Shown: positions 9,524-18,455 of the stretch, in pieces | How the letters are laid out: every line of letters starts with the position of its first letter | Numbering within the stretch: the stretch's first letter is position 1 | Assembly (NCBI GenBank): GCA_039714655.1 | Contig: JBDLIX010000002.1 | Coordinates: 46,242-110,241 of the forward strand | Direction of reading: 5' to 3' | Source: Bacteroidota bacterium | GTDB lineage: Bacteria; Bacteroidota; Bacteroidia; Bacteroidales; GCA-2748055 | DNA: 64,000 nucleotides | The notes under the pieces: model-generated | Databases searched by the model: none | Seen by the model: the letters and a program-made list of their open reading frames with translations, nothing else | What the model was told of the DNA's origin: nothing | Made by a program: the position numbers and the translations under genes

Positions 9524-10765
9524 TTAAACAATGCCCTCTATTTCCAGGTTTTTCAAATACTTCCTGGATATCTGTTTTACCGGGTATCTGGCTGCGATCC
9601 ATCCAATAAGCAGGACCGTCACCCAGATCAGACATATGTCAACTATCTCGATTTGAACCGGATAGGCGTCAATCACAAAAGTCCCGCTACCCGATAATTT
9701 GATCAATCCAAACCGTTGCTGGATCCAACTAATGGCAGTACCCAGGGTCAGACCAATCGCACTACCAATCACTGAGATCAACCATCCTTCCACCAGGAAG
9801 ATATTCTCAATGAGTCTGTTGGTAGATCCCATATTTCGCAGCGTTACAATGTCACTCTTCTTATCGATGATCAGCATGCTCAGTGATCCAATGATGTTAA
9901 AGGAAGCAATGATCAGGATAAAGGTGAGGATCAGGAAGATCGCCCATTTCTCCGATTTCATGACCCTGTAGAAGAGCTCATTCTGTTGTTGTCTGTTCTT
10001 TACATAGAAACCTTTGCCCATGATTGCGGCAATCTCTTCCTGTACCCTGTCTGCAGGAAATCGCTGATCCAGTTTGACCTCAAGAAGAGAAACTTCGTTT
10101 TCATAGGAGAGGAGCTCTCTCACAAATTCAATGGGAACGATGATGTACCTGGAGTCGAAATCCTGTTCAATGGAAAATATGCCCGAAGGGTAGATAAAAT
10201 CTCTGCGAATGGACTCTTCCGGCTGGGACATGTTGATCCGGGCTTTTCTGTCGATGGTATAGACAAACAGCGGATCCACAAAACTGAGCCCGATTCTGAG
10301 GCTATAGGCAACTCCCTGTCCTACTACTGCATAGGGCCTGTTGCGATCCTTCAGCTTCATTTCACCATCATAGATCATCGAATCGAGTCCGGATACCTCT
10401 TCAAACGAATCATCCACACCTTTGATGGTAGCAATGTGTTGTTTGTCACCATACAATAATAGTACATTCTCCTCCACCACCTCCGACAGGGCAGTTACAC
10501 CCGGAAGAGAAATGATTGCATCGGTAACGGATTTTCCAGGGATAAATGTTTTCCCTTCCATTGCGGTGATTTCTATGTCCGGATCAAATGAATTGAACAG
10601 CGATTTTACCACCTGATCAAAACCATTGAATACTGATAATACAATGACCAGGGCCATGGTTCCGGTGGCAACACCAAGAACCGAAATACCAGAAATAATA
10701 TTAATGGCATTCTGGGACTTTTTACCCAGAAGGTAACGTTTGGCTATATAAAAAGAGAGGTTCAC
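9524..10765 (-). CDS. LolC/LolE-type (FtsX/MacB-fold) ABC transporter permease
   Basis: 413 aa. The N-terminus is MNLSFYIAKRYLLGKKSQNAINIISGISVLGVATGTMAL. It has a large periplasmic loop and three C-terminal TM segments. A GTG start overlaps the upstream stop (GTGA). Confidence 0.85.
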   Translation of the reverse strand: MNLSFYIAKRYLLGKKSQNAINIISGISVLGVATGTMALVIVLSVFNGFDQVVKSLFNSFDPDIEITAMEGKTFIPGKSVTDAIISLPGVTALSEVVEENVLLLYGDKQHIATIKGVDDSFEEVSGLDSMIYDGEMKLKDRNRPYAVVGQGVAYSLRIGLSFVDPLFVYTIDRKARINMSQPEESIRRDFIYPSGIFSIEQDFDSRYIIVPIEFVRELLSYENEVSLLEVKLDQRFPADRVQEEIAAIMGKGFYVKNRQQQNELFYRVMKSEKWAIFLILTFILIIASFNIIGSLSMLIIDKKSDIVTLRNMGSTNRLIENIFLVEGWLISVIGSAIGLTLGTAISWIQQRFGLIKLSGSGTFVIDAYPVQIEIVDICLIWVTVLLIGWIAARYPVKQISRKYLKNLEIEGIV

Positions 10766-11571
10766 TTTCTACACCTTACGATCAGTCCGGTTCCTGTGGG
10801 GTGCTGCTTCCTCACATCAACCATGTTTAATATATAACAGATGGGGTAGACAACCAGATAGTAAATGGGTAAAATCAACATAAAAAGTTTACTGGCATTG
10901 GTTAGCAGGATGGGATATTTCATGGAGAGTTTCCAGGAGATCTTTCCCGGCTTTCCATAGGAATACCTGATATGAATGTTTGAAAAACCTGCCTCCCTGA
11001 GTTTCTCATCAATCTCACCCACTCCATACCCATCCCTCACATGTTCATCTATAAAAGAGTCTTCATGTTCGTGGTGAACATCCGATCCACCCTGATCAGA
11101 AGGTGTCGAGATCAGCAGTACCCCTCCCTGTTTCAATCCTGTATAAAACCTCTTAAAAACGGTACGGTCATTTTCGATATGTTCCATGACGTCCACCGAG
11201 AGTATCAGATCATATGCTTCAGTGACTTCAAGGGTAGTCAGGTCGGCATATTCAAAGGAGACCTTTTCATGCTGCCTGAGGGAAGAAAAAAAAGAATTGC
11301 AGTCATCCACCTGCTCCTGTTTGATATCCAGCCCGGTGATGCGGGTATGGGGGAATTTCTTTGAAAGATAAAATACATACTGACCGAATCCCGATCCGGC
11401 ATCGGCAATATGTGAGGGATGAAACCCCATCCTTTTAAGTGTTCTTAACTCCCTGCGTATATGCCATGAACGAAGCAACAGCAGATCCAGCAACCTGTAA
11501 AACAGTTTTCTGAGAAAAGGGGTGCTGTTGAAAATATTTCCAAGACGACGCTTGATGGGATCGTATTGCAT
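10762..11571 (-). CDS. Class I SAM-dependent methyltransferase
   Basis: 269 aa. Motif I is IADAGSGFGQY and post-I is TGLDI, with LILSVDVMEHI further on. It lies between rbfA and the LolE-like gene. Confidence 0.8.
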   Translation of the reverse strand: MQYDPIKRRLGNIFNSTPFLRKLFYRLLDLLLLRSWHIRRELRTLKRMGFHPSHIADAGSGFGQYVFYLSKKFPHTRITGLDIKQEQVDDCNSFFSSLRQHEKVSFEYADLTTLEVTEAYDLILSVDVMEHIENDRTVFKRFYTGLKQGGVLLISTPSDQGGSDVHHEHEDSFIDEHVRDGYGVGEIDEKLREAGFSNIHIRYSYGKPGKISWKLSMKYPILLTNASKLFMLILPIYYLVVYPICYILNMVDVRKQHPTGTGLIVRCRK

Positions 11572-11573
11572 GT

Positions 11574-11912
11574 TTAATCATTTAAGAGGTTGTCGATCCG
11601 GTCAATGTAATCGAGCGAATCGTCCAGATAAAACACAAATTCAGGAATGTGCCTTAACTGATTCCTCAGCCTTTTACCCATTTCACTCCGGATCAGGCCT
11701 GCCCTGTCCGAAATAGCTTTCACGGCCTCTTCCAGCCCCTCACCCGGAAAAATGCTCAGGTAAACTTTAGCTACACCAAGATCAGGGCTGATCCGAACGA
11801 CGGTAACCGTTACCATCTTACCACCGGTGAGATTTGAACCATTTTTCTGGAAATAATCGCCAAGCTCTTTTTGCAATAGCCTGGATACTTTATGCTGGCG
11901 GGTAGTTGTCAT
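11574..11912 (-). CDS. rbfA: Ribosome-binding factor A
   Basis: MTTTRQHKVSRLLQKELGDYFQ...VTVVRISPDLGVAKVYLSIF. I prefer the ATG at 11912 over the ATG at 11942 because homologues start close to the TRQ motif. Confidence 0.87.
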   Translation of the reverse strand: MTTTRQHKVSRLLQKELGDYFQKNGSNLTGGKMVTVTVVRISPDLGVAKVYLSIFPGEGLEEAVKAISDRAGLIRSEMGKRLRNQLRHIPEFVFYLDDSLDYIDRIDNLLND

Positions 11913-11917
11913 CGTGG

Positions 11918-11925
11918 CAAAAGTA
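11918..11925 (-). promoter_or_regulatory. Bacteroidota -7 promoter box TACTTTTG upstream of rbfA
   Basis: Exact TAnnTTTG on the minus strand, only 5 nt before the ATG at 11912. This would imply a leaderless or near-leaderless mRNA. Confidence 0.3.
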
Positions 11926-11946
11926 CGTTTTTTCAATAACATTTTA

Positions 11947-11954
11947 TAGTTTTG
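11947..11954 (+). promoter_or_regulatory. Bacteroidota -7 promoter box TAGTTTTG upstream of trpS
   Basis: Exact TAnnTTTG, 29 nt before the ATG at 11984. Confidence 0.35.
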
Positions 11955-11983
11955 CAGTTACCTTAAAAAGCGTAGCGAAACCT

Positions 11984-12973
11984 ATGGATACAGTATTAAG
12001 CGGGATCAGATCAACAGGGAAATTGCACCTGGGCAATTATTTTGGAGCAGTTAAGAATTTTGTGAAGATGCAACACAAGAACAGGTGTTTCTTTTTTGTG
12101 GCTGACTATCATTCGCTCACCACTCATCCAACTCCTGAAAACTTGCATAATAACATTCGGATTGTGCTGTCGGAATACCTTGCAGCCGGACTGGATCCGG
12201 AGGTTGCCACGCTGTACATCCAGAGCGACGTCCCTGAAATTTCAGAGCTCTACCTCCTGCTCAACATGAATGCCTATGTGGGTGAGTTGGAACGCACCAC
12301 CACCTTCAAGGAAAAGATCCGAAAGCAACCGGAAAACATCAATGCAGGACTGCTGACCTATCCGGTCCTGATGTGTGCCGATATTATCATACACAACGCA
12401 GATAAGGTTCCCGTTGGAAAGGATCAGGAGCAGAACCTGGAGATGGCCCGGAAATTTGCACGCCGTTTTAATCACATGTACGGTGTAGAGTATTTCAAAA
12501 TGCCCGAGCCTTACAACTTCGGTGAGGAGCTGGTGAAGGTACCCGGACTGGATGGTACTGGAAAGATGGGTAAAAGTGAAGGCAACGGGATCTATCTTTC
12601 AGATGAACCGGATGTGATCCGAAAGAAGGTGATGCGGGCTGTAACCGATGCGGGTCCCAAGGAACCCAATTCTCCAATGGCTGAACCGGTGGCCAACCTC
12701 TTTTACCTGCTGGAGTTGTTATCCACACCCGATACCGTTGAACATTTCAGAGCCAGTTATAACGACTGCACCATCCGTTACGGGGACCTGAAAAAGCAAC
12801 TGGCAGAGGAGATGATTACTTTTACCACGCCTATCAGGGAGCGCATCAATGCGATCTACAATGACTCTGACTACCTCGGGAAAGTGGTGAAAATGGGCGC
12901 TGAAAAAGCCCGCGAAAGTGCATCCAAGACGGTTCGTGAAGTCCGCGAAATCCTTGGTTACAAGCCGTTTTAA
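11984..12973 (+). CDS. trpS: Tryptophan--tRNA ligase
   Basis: MDTVLSGIRSTGKLHLGNYFG (HIGH-type motif) and KMGKS (KMSKS). The ORF-track start at 11906 would overlap rbfA and the divergent promoter, so the ATG at 11984 is preferred. Confidence 0.94.
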   Translation: MDTVLSGIRSTGKLHLGNYFGAVKNFVKMQHKNRCFFFVADYHSLTTHPTPENLHNNIRIVLSEYLAAGLDPEVATLYIQSDVPEISELYLLLNMNAYVGELERTTTFKEKIRKQPENINAGLLTYPVLMCADIIIHNADKVPVGKDQEQNLEMARKFARRFNHMYGVEYFKMPEPYNFGEELVKVPGLDGTGKMGKSEGNGIYLSDEPDVIRKKVMRAVTDAGPKEPNSPMAEPVANLFYLLELLSTPDTVEHFRASYNDCTIRYGDLKKQLAEEMITFTTPIRERINAIYNDSDYLGKVVKMGAEKARESASKTVREVREILGYKPF

Positions 12974-12980
12974 ACCTTTC

Positions 12981-13054
12981 GTATATGTTTTAACGCTACT
13001 TAAAATCTTCCTTCGGAATATTTGTAGGTAGCTTATATAACATATACTTCAGGA
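12981..13054 (+). repeat. Imperfect-palindrome intergenic repeat, copy A
   Basis: gtatatgtt..aacgctactt..cttcgg..aggtagctt..aacatatac followed by cttcagga. It has a 9-bp perfect terminal inverted repeat and lies 8 nt after the trpS stop. It is homologous to copies B, C1 and C2. Confidence 0.75.
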
Positions 13055-13219
13055 AATAGTAACGTTACTGAAACAATGCTCTTCTGTGGCCTTCTCCTTT
13101 TTGTAGCCTTACCTGAAAATTGGACACTACACTTTTAGATAAAATTGTACATTTAAAGAGTAATTCAAACATGATCGTCGATACGAGCAATTTCATAATA
13201 TCGCCTAACAATATAAATA

Positions 13220-14560
13220 ATGAGCCAGAAGGATTTAAAACGAAGAGATTTTATAGCCAAAGCTACAATTGGCACAGTGGGAGCCGCAGCTTTCATATCG
13301 GCTTGTTCCACAGATAAAAAAACAAAAACAATCGAAGAACCACCTGAGTTGCCTGACCAGGCCCCTGACGGCAGCGTTATTAAAGCCGGGTTGATTGGTT
13401 GTGGGGGACGTGGAACCGGTGCAGCCATTAATTTTTTAGATGCCGGGCCAAACCTGGAGATTGTGGCTCTGGGCGATGTTTTTCAGGAAAGGATTGACAG
13501 TTGCAGGGAAAATCTAAAAGAAGAAAAGGGTGTGGAGATTGCCGATGAAAAGTGTTTTCTGGGGTTTGACAGCTATCAAAAAGTAATTGATTCGGGTGTG
13601 GATGTGGTACTACTTTGCACGCCGCCTCATTTCCGGCCAACACATGTTGAGGCGGCGGTAAATGCCCGCAAGCACATTTTTATGGAAAAACCAGTTGCCG
13701 TCGATCCGGTTGGAGCCCGTTCAGTACTGGTTTCCTCAAAAATGGCCGAATCGCTGGGACTGTGTATGGTTAGTGGTACGGTACGAAGGGTCCAGAAAGA
13801 TTATATGACCACCCAGATGAAAGTAGCCAACGGTGAAATAGGCGAGATTGTTGGTGCCAATATAATCAGGAATGGTGGTGCTATGTGGTATAGAAGAAGA
13901 GAGCCCGAATGGACCGACATGGAGTACATGCTGCGGAACTGGGGCAATTTTTGCTGGCTTTCAGGCGATCACATAACGGAACAATTCATACATGAAATTG
14001 ACGTAATGAGCTGGCATATGGGCAGGACACCGGTTAAAGCAGTTGGTTATGGTGGCCGCCAAAGGAGGATTACCGGCAATCAGTATGATTTCTTCAGTGT
14101 GGAGTACATCTATGAAAATGGTGTAAGAACACACTGTGCAGCACGTCAGATAAATGGCTGTGCCAACGGCAAGGTGGAACGTATTGTAGGCACCAACGGA
14201 GTGGCGATTGCTTCCGGTCAGATTCTTGATGTGCATGGAAATGAAGTATGGAACTATCCGAAACCGGAAGAAAGTGATACGGAATCGAAATGGAAAGTTA
14301 CCAATCCGTTTGTGCAGGAACATATAAATCTTGTAACCGGTATCAGGACCGGAAACATTGTTAACGATGCTGAAGCTCAGGTAAATTCAACCTTGATGAC
14401 CATTATGGGCCGTATTTCGGCCTATACCGGAAAAGATGTTACCTGGGAAGAGATAATGAACTCTGACCTCTATTTGGGACCCAAAACTTATGCTTTTGGT
14501 CCGGTTCCCGGAATTGCTGAAGAGATACCGCTGGCCGGGGAAGAGAATATATTGACTTAA
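13220..14560 (+). CDS. Gfo/Idh/MocA-family NAD(P)-dependent oxidoreductase with a Tat-type signal (periplasmic)
   Basis: 446 aa. The twin-arginine signal is [23 protein letters not shown]. The Rossmann motif is [11 protein letters not shown] and EKP is also present. Confidence 0.87.
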   Translation: MSQKDLKRRDFIAKATIGTVGAAAFISACSTDKKTKTIEEPPELPDQAPDGSVIKAGLIGCGGRGTGAAINFLDAGPNLEIVALGDVFQERIDSCRENLKEEKGVEIADEKCFLGFDSYQKVIDSGVDVVLLCTPPHFRPTHVEAAVNARKHIFMEKPVAVDPVGARSVLVSSKMAESLGLCMVSGTVRRVQKDYMTTQMKVANGEIGEIVGANIIRNGGAMWYRRREPEWTDMEYMLRNWGNFCWLSGDHITEQFIHEIDVMSWHMGRTPVKAVGYGGRQRRITGNQYDFFSVEYIYENGVRTHCAARQINGCANGKVERIVGTNGVAIASGQILDVHGNEVWNYPKPEESDTESKWKVTNPFVQEHINLVTGIRTGNIVNDAEAQVNSTLMTIMGRISAYTGKDVTWEEIMNSDLYLGPKTYAFGPVPGIAEEIPLAGEENILT

Positions 14561-14576
14561 ATCTAATGTTAAGCAG

Positions 14577-15275
14577 ATGAAAAAATTACTTTTTATCACA
14601 GGATTATTTTTTCTGATCGGAGTTATAACAGCACAGGAACCACTTTTCAGCTTTGGTGAAGAGATGGGTCTGCAAAAGATTATTTCAGGCGGGATTGTAA
14701 AAGGTGTACCCGTTACCTGGATACAGGTAAATACCGAAGCTGAAACCTGGAAAGTAAACGGGAATGAGCTAATATGTTCGGGGCATCCCATTGGGGTAAT
14801 CCGTTCTGAAAAGAGGTACGAAAATTTTCTATTGCACATCGAGTGGAAACACATGGAACCGGGAGGGAATTCAGGGACTTTTGTGTGGAGCGATGCCGAA
14901 CCTGGTGAGAACCGTTTGCCAAACGGAGTGGAAGTACAAATGCTGGAACTCGATTGGGTAGACCTGAATACAAAAGATGGTAAAAAACCTCCGGTTGCTT
15001 ATGTACATGGAGAAGTTTTTGGTGTTGGCGGGGTAGAGATTGTCCCTGATAATCCAAGGGGGCGCCGGAGTAAATCTGTTGAAAACAGATGTAAAGGAAA
15101 AGGAGAGTGGAACACATATGAAGTGGTGTGTGTTGATGGAACCATTAAGCTTTCGGTAAATGGTAAATTTGTTAACGGGATAAGTAAATCAAGTAAAAAA
15201 GAAGGATTTATATGTCTTGAATCGGAGGGAGCTGAAATTCATTTCAGAAACATTAGAATCATTGAATTGCCCTGA
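14577..15275 (+). CDS. DUF1080 (3-keto-disaccharide hydrolase family) secreted protein
   Basis: 232 aa with a signal peptide. The sequence reads [11 protein letters not shown]...NFLLHIEWK...[23 protein letters not shown], the typical DUF1080 C-terminal signature. Confidence 0.82.
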   Translation: MKKLLFITGLFFLIGVITAQEPLFSFGEEMGLQKIISGGIVKGVPVTWIQVNTEAETWKVNGNELICSGHPIGVIRSEKRYENFLLHIEWKHMEPGGNSGTFVWSDAEPGENRLPNGVEVQMLELDWVDLNTKDGKKPPVAYVHGEVFGVGGVEIVPDNPRGRRSKSVENRCKGKGEWNTYEVVCVDGTIKLSVNGKFVNGISKSSKKEGFICLESEGAEIHFRNIRIIELP

Positions 15276-15286
15276 TTGACAAACAT

Positions 15287-17506
15287 ATGTCCTCCTTAAC
15301 CAATCTGTTGTCCCGTTTCCTGGTCCTGTTGATTCTCATGCTCTCAATCTCCTGCTCGCACAGCTCCATTAAACTTGCGAAGAAGGGGATAAGCGGCTAT
15401 GAGATTGTGATCCCGGATGATCCCGATAGCACCATCCGGAGAGCAGCCAGCGAACTGGAGCACTATTTACACCAGATTTCAGGGGCGGAAATACCGGTAA
15501 GCAAGATTAACCGCAGGGACCCTGAGAAGCATGCGATATTTGTGGGATCCGGGTTCAAAGATGAAACGTTATCTGCCCTTACGGTGGGTTACCGTGTGGA
15601 AGGGCGGGATCTCTATATTTATGGAGGGAATTCCAAGAGCACCCTCTATGCCGTATACCGGTTCCTTGAAAATGAACTGGGCTGCCTGTGGTTAAGCCCG
15701 GAAACGGAGAAGGTACCCGCGGTAGACCGCATAGTCATCGAAGGAGGAACCGACTACCGTTATGCTCCCCAGATCGAAACCCGCACCGTTCACTCACGGC
15801 TCTTTTACGATAACCACCGTTTTGCCGACAAGCTTGGGGTCACCTATGAGGCTTTCCCTGGCTATGTGCCGGGTGCCGGGGTGCATACCTTTCACAGGTT
15901 CATGCCGGAAGGCTCATTCTATAAGTCCCATCCGGAGTATTATGCACTTCGCAACGGAAAACGGCTTACCACCCAGCTGTGCCTGACTAATAAGGAGGTG
16001 CTGCAGATCGTAACCGATTCTGTAAGGGCCTATTTTGCAAGGTTCCCGGATGCTGCTGTTATTTCCGTGAGCCAGGATGACAATACCCAGTATTGCCAGT
16101 GTGATCAGTGTGCGGCAATTGATAAGGAAGAGGGCTCTCCCAGTGGTTCCATGATCCGGTTCGTAAATGCTGTGGCGGAACACTTCCCGGATAAGATGAT
16201 CTCAACCCTAGCCTACCAATATACCAGGAAACCACCGGTGACCAAACCACTCTCAAATGTCCTGATCACCCTCTGTTCCATAGAGTGCGACCGCAGCAAA
16301 CCCATTGAAGAGGGCTGTACAGATTTTGCGGCCGATCTCAAAGGCTGGAAAGAGCTTACCGAAAGTATCAGGATATGGGATTACACTACCCAGTTCACCA
16401 ACTTCCTGGCCCCCTTTCCGAATATACATACCCTGAAACCCAATATTGAATTTTTCCGGGACAACCATGCCAAATGGATATTTGAACAGCATAGCCACCA
16501 TCCCAGTGAACTTTTCGAACTGCGATCCTACCTGACCGCACAATTGCTATGGAACCCGGACCGGGATGCGGAAGAGATCATGCAGGAGTTTTGTACAGCC
16601 TATTACCAGGAAGCAGCACCCTATATTCTCGACTACATTCACACCATTCATGAAGAGATCCAAAAGGTGCCGGAGTTCTTTCTCTTCCTGTACGGTGATC
16701 CGTCTCAGGGTTTTGAATCGTTCCTGAAGCCTGAGCTGCTCACAAAATATGACAAACTCTATGAAGATGCTGAGAAAGCAGTTACAGAAAAACCCGAAGT
16801 GCTGGAGCGGGTGAAACGGGCGAGGCTCAGTACCCATTATGCCATACTGGAGGCTTCAAGAAAAGGTGTTTCCGGGGAGTACAGGATGTCATATGAGGTG
16901 CGGCCGAGGTTAAAGACATTTGAAGAGACCTGCCGGTCAGCCGGGATCACCCTGATGAATGAGATGAGATACTCGGTTGAGGAATATGTTGAGACCTATG
17001 AGAAGGCAATGGAACGGGCTGCCATGCCTAACCGGGCAGCTGGGAAACCGGTAAAACTACTGACACAACCTAAGAACTATGCGGGGGAAGATCCCCAGGC
17101 GTTAACAGACGGTAGCCTGGGAGGGAACAGTTTTTACTCCAACTGGCTGGGGTTCGAGGGTAATGATATGGAGGCGGTCATTGACCTGAAAAGGGAGAGA
17201 GAGGTCACCTTTCTTCACACGGCATTCCTAAAAGTCGTCAACCATATCGTTTTTTTCCCGGAAGAGCTGATCATATCCGGTTCAGTGGATGATCAAAAAT
17301 ACTATGAGATCGCAAGGAAGAAAACAGAACATCCGTTGCAGAAGGGAGATAAGATCAATGATATTGAGTTCTTCACATTTCAGTTCCCACCTGTTGAGGC
17401 CCGATATATCAAATTACATGCAAGAAGTATGAAAAAAGCACCCCCATGGCATCATGCTTCAGGATTGCCTGTCTGGACCTTTTGTGATGAGGTGATTATC
17501 TATTAA
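15287..17506 (+). CDS. DUF4838-like lipoprotein (glycoside-hydrolase-like) with a C-terminal F5/8 type C (discoidin) carbohydrate-binding domain
   Basis: 739 aa with the lipobox LSISC. The central segment is SQDDNTQYCQCDQCAAIDKEEGSPSGSMIRFVNAV. The C-terminal ~150 aa (ALTDGSLGG..WLGF..ARYIKLHA) look discoidin-like. The family call is from memory. Confidence 0.7.
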   Translation: MSSLTNLLSRFLVLLILMLSISCSHSSIKLAKKGISGYEIVIPDDPDSTIRRAASELEHYLHQISGAEIPVSKINRRDPEKHAIFVGSGFKDETLSALTVGYRVEGRDLYIYGGNSKSTLYAVYRFLENELGCLWLSPETEKVPAVDRIVIEGGTDYRYAPQIETRTVHSRLFYDNHRFADKLGVTYEAFPGYVPGAGVHTFHRFMPEGSFYKSHPEYYALRNGKRLTTQLCLTNKEVLQIVTDSVRAYFARFPDAAVISVSQDDNTQYCQCDQCAAIDKEEGSPSGSMIRFVNAVAEHFPDKMISTLAYQYTRKPPVTKPLSNVLITLCSIECDRSKPIEEGCTDFAADLKGWKELTESIRIWDYTTQFTNFLAPFPNIHTLKPNIEFFRDNHAKWIFEQHSHHPSELFELRSYLTAQLLWNPDRDAEEIMQEFCTAYYQEAAPYILDYIHTIHEEIQKVPEFFLFLYGDPSQGFESFLKPELLTKYDKLYEDAEKAVTEKPEVLERVKRARLSTHYAILEASRKGVSGEYRMSYEVRPRLKTFEETCRSAGITLMNEMRYSVEEYVETYEKAMERAAMPNRAAGKPVKLLTQPKNYAGEDPQALTDGSLGGNSFYSNWLGFEGNDMEAVIDLKREREVTFLHTAFLKVVNHIVFFPEELIISGSVDDQKYYEIARKKTEHPLQKGDKINDIEFFTFQFPPVEARYIKLHARSMKKAPPWHHASGLPVWTFCDEVIIY

Positions 17507-17549
17507 GATCCGACTGATTGCCTCTCCTCGCTTCCCCAAGTTTTACTAA

Positions 17550-17634
17550 CTCCTTACACAGATGTTATATAAGCTGCCTATAATACTTTACGAAGTAAAG
17601 GATTTAAGTAGCGTTAGAATATCTGTGTAAGGAG
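17550..17634 (-). repeat. Imperfect-palindrome intergenic repeat, copy B (inverted relative to copy A)
   Basis: 14-bp perfect terminal inverted repeat: ctccttacacagat (17550-17563) pairs with atctgtgtaaggag (17621-17634). The apical stem is ctttac-gaa-gtaaag. The core aligns to the reverse complement of copy A at roughly three quarters of positions by hand. Confidence 0.8.
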
Positions 17635-17640
17635 GGATAG

Positions 17641-17671
17641 AAAAATAAAAGTCCGCCTGTGAGAGACGGAC
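17641..17671 (-). terminator. Intrinsic terminator (minus strand)
   Basis: Minus-strand RNA reads GUCCGUCU-CUCAC-AGGCGGAC followed by UUUUAUUUUU. The stem is 8 bp including one G-U. That pair would be a C-A mismatch on the plus strand, so the structure and the U-tract are minus-strand specific. Confidence 0.65.
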
Positions 17672-17714
17672 CTGGCCCTGAAATTGTCAGGGAATATGAT
17701 TGGATGAACTGTCA
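17641..17714 (-). ncRNA. Candidate ~70-nt sigma-54-dependent small RNA
   Basis: Bounded by the predicted TSS (~17714) of the sigma-54 promoter and by the terminator. It has an internal 6-bp hairpin CCCUGA-CAAUU-UCAGGG (17676-17692) and no ORF. Confidence 0.3.
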
Positions 17715-17724
17715 ACTATATAGC

Positions 17725-17740
17725 TGCAAATTGCGTGCCA
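17725..17740 (-). promoter_or_regulatory. Sigma-54 (-24/-12) promoter, exact consensus
   Basis: The minus strand reads TGGCACGCAATTTGCA, which equals TGGCACG-N4-TTGCW. It lies 5 nt downstream of the ung stop codon in a gene-free spacer. Confidence 0.5.
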
Positions 17741-17745
17741 AAAAG

Positions 17746-18414
17746 TTACAGTGTCCAATCAATCCTTTGATCTTTCAGGTATTCATTGGTTTTTGAGAAG
17801 TGTTTACAACCAAAAAATCCATTGTATGCAGAGAGAGGGGAAGGATGAGCGGCTTTAAGGATCAGGTGCTTTTGGCCATCGATAAGGGATTCCTTGGCCT
17901 GGGCATAGCGTCCCCATAGTAAAAAGACAACCCCGCTTCTCCGGGCAGAGATCTGTTCAATGACACGGTTGGTAAATGTTTCCCATCCCCTGTTCTGGTG
18001 TGATCCGGCCTGACTGTCACGTACCGTCAGTGTTGCATTGAGAAGCAGGACTCCCTGATCGGCCCATTTTTCCAGGTTGCCGTGTTCCGGGACAGGAATG
18101 CCCAGGTCTGCATGCAACTCCTTGAAAATATTAACAAGTGAAGGGGGTTTCGGGATCCCGGGCGGAACGGAAAAGCATAATCCATGTGCCTGACCTTTGC
18201 CATGATAAGGGTCCTGTCCGAGGATCACCACTTTCACGCTGTCGAAGGGGGTATGTCGAAATGCATTAAAAATGAGATTCCCGGGCGGAAAGATGGTATG
18301 TTGCTGTTTCTCTTCAAGCAGGAACGCTTTTAATTCACTGAAATAGGGTGATTGGAACTCTTCCCAGAGAATTTCCTTCCACTTCTCTTCAATGACCGGA
18401 TTAATTGTTTGCAT
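17746..18414 (-). CDS. ung: Uracil-DNA glycosylase (family 1)
   Basis: [22 protein letters not shown] and HPSPLSA motifs. The ATG at 18414 (MQTINP..) is preferred over the TTG at 18432. Confidence 0.94.
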   Translation of the reverse strand: MQTINPVIEEKWKEILWEEFQSPYFSELKAFLLEEKQQHTIFPPGNLIFNAFRHTPFDSVKVVILGQDPYHGKGQAHGLCFSVPPGIPKPPSLVNIFKELHADLGIPVPEHGNLEKWADQGVLLLNATLTVRDSQAGSHQNRGWETFTNRVIEQISARRSGVVFLLWGRYAQAKESLIDGQKHLILKAAHPSPLSAYNGFFGCKHFSKTNEYLKDQRIDWTL

Positions 18415-18455
18415 GGATAGGAAAGATACCAAATGTGCAGCACCTCCCCAAAAGA

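Noticed and set aside
13120-13428. Small ORFs 13120-13317 (plus) and 13165-13428 (minus) around the start of the Gfo/Idh/MocA gene
   Set aside because: They overlap the promoter region and the Tat-signal coding part of a well-supported gene, and their translations are unconvincing.
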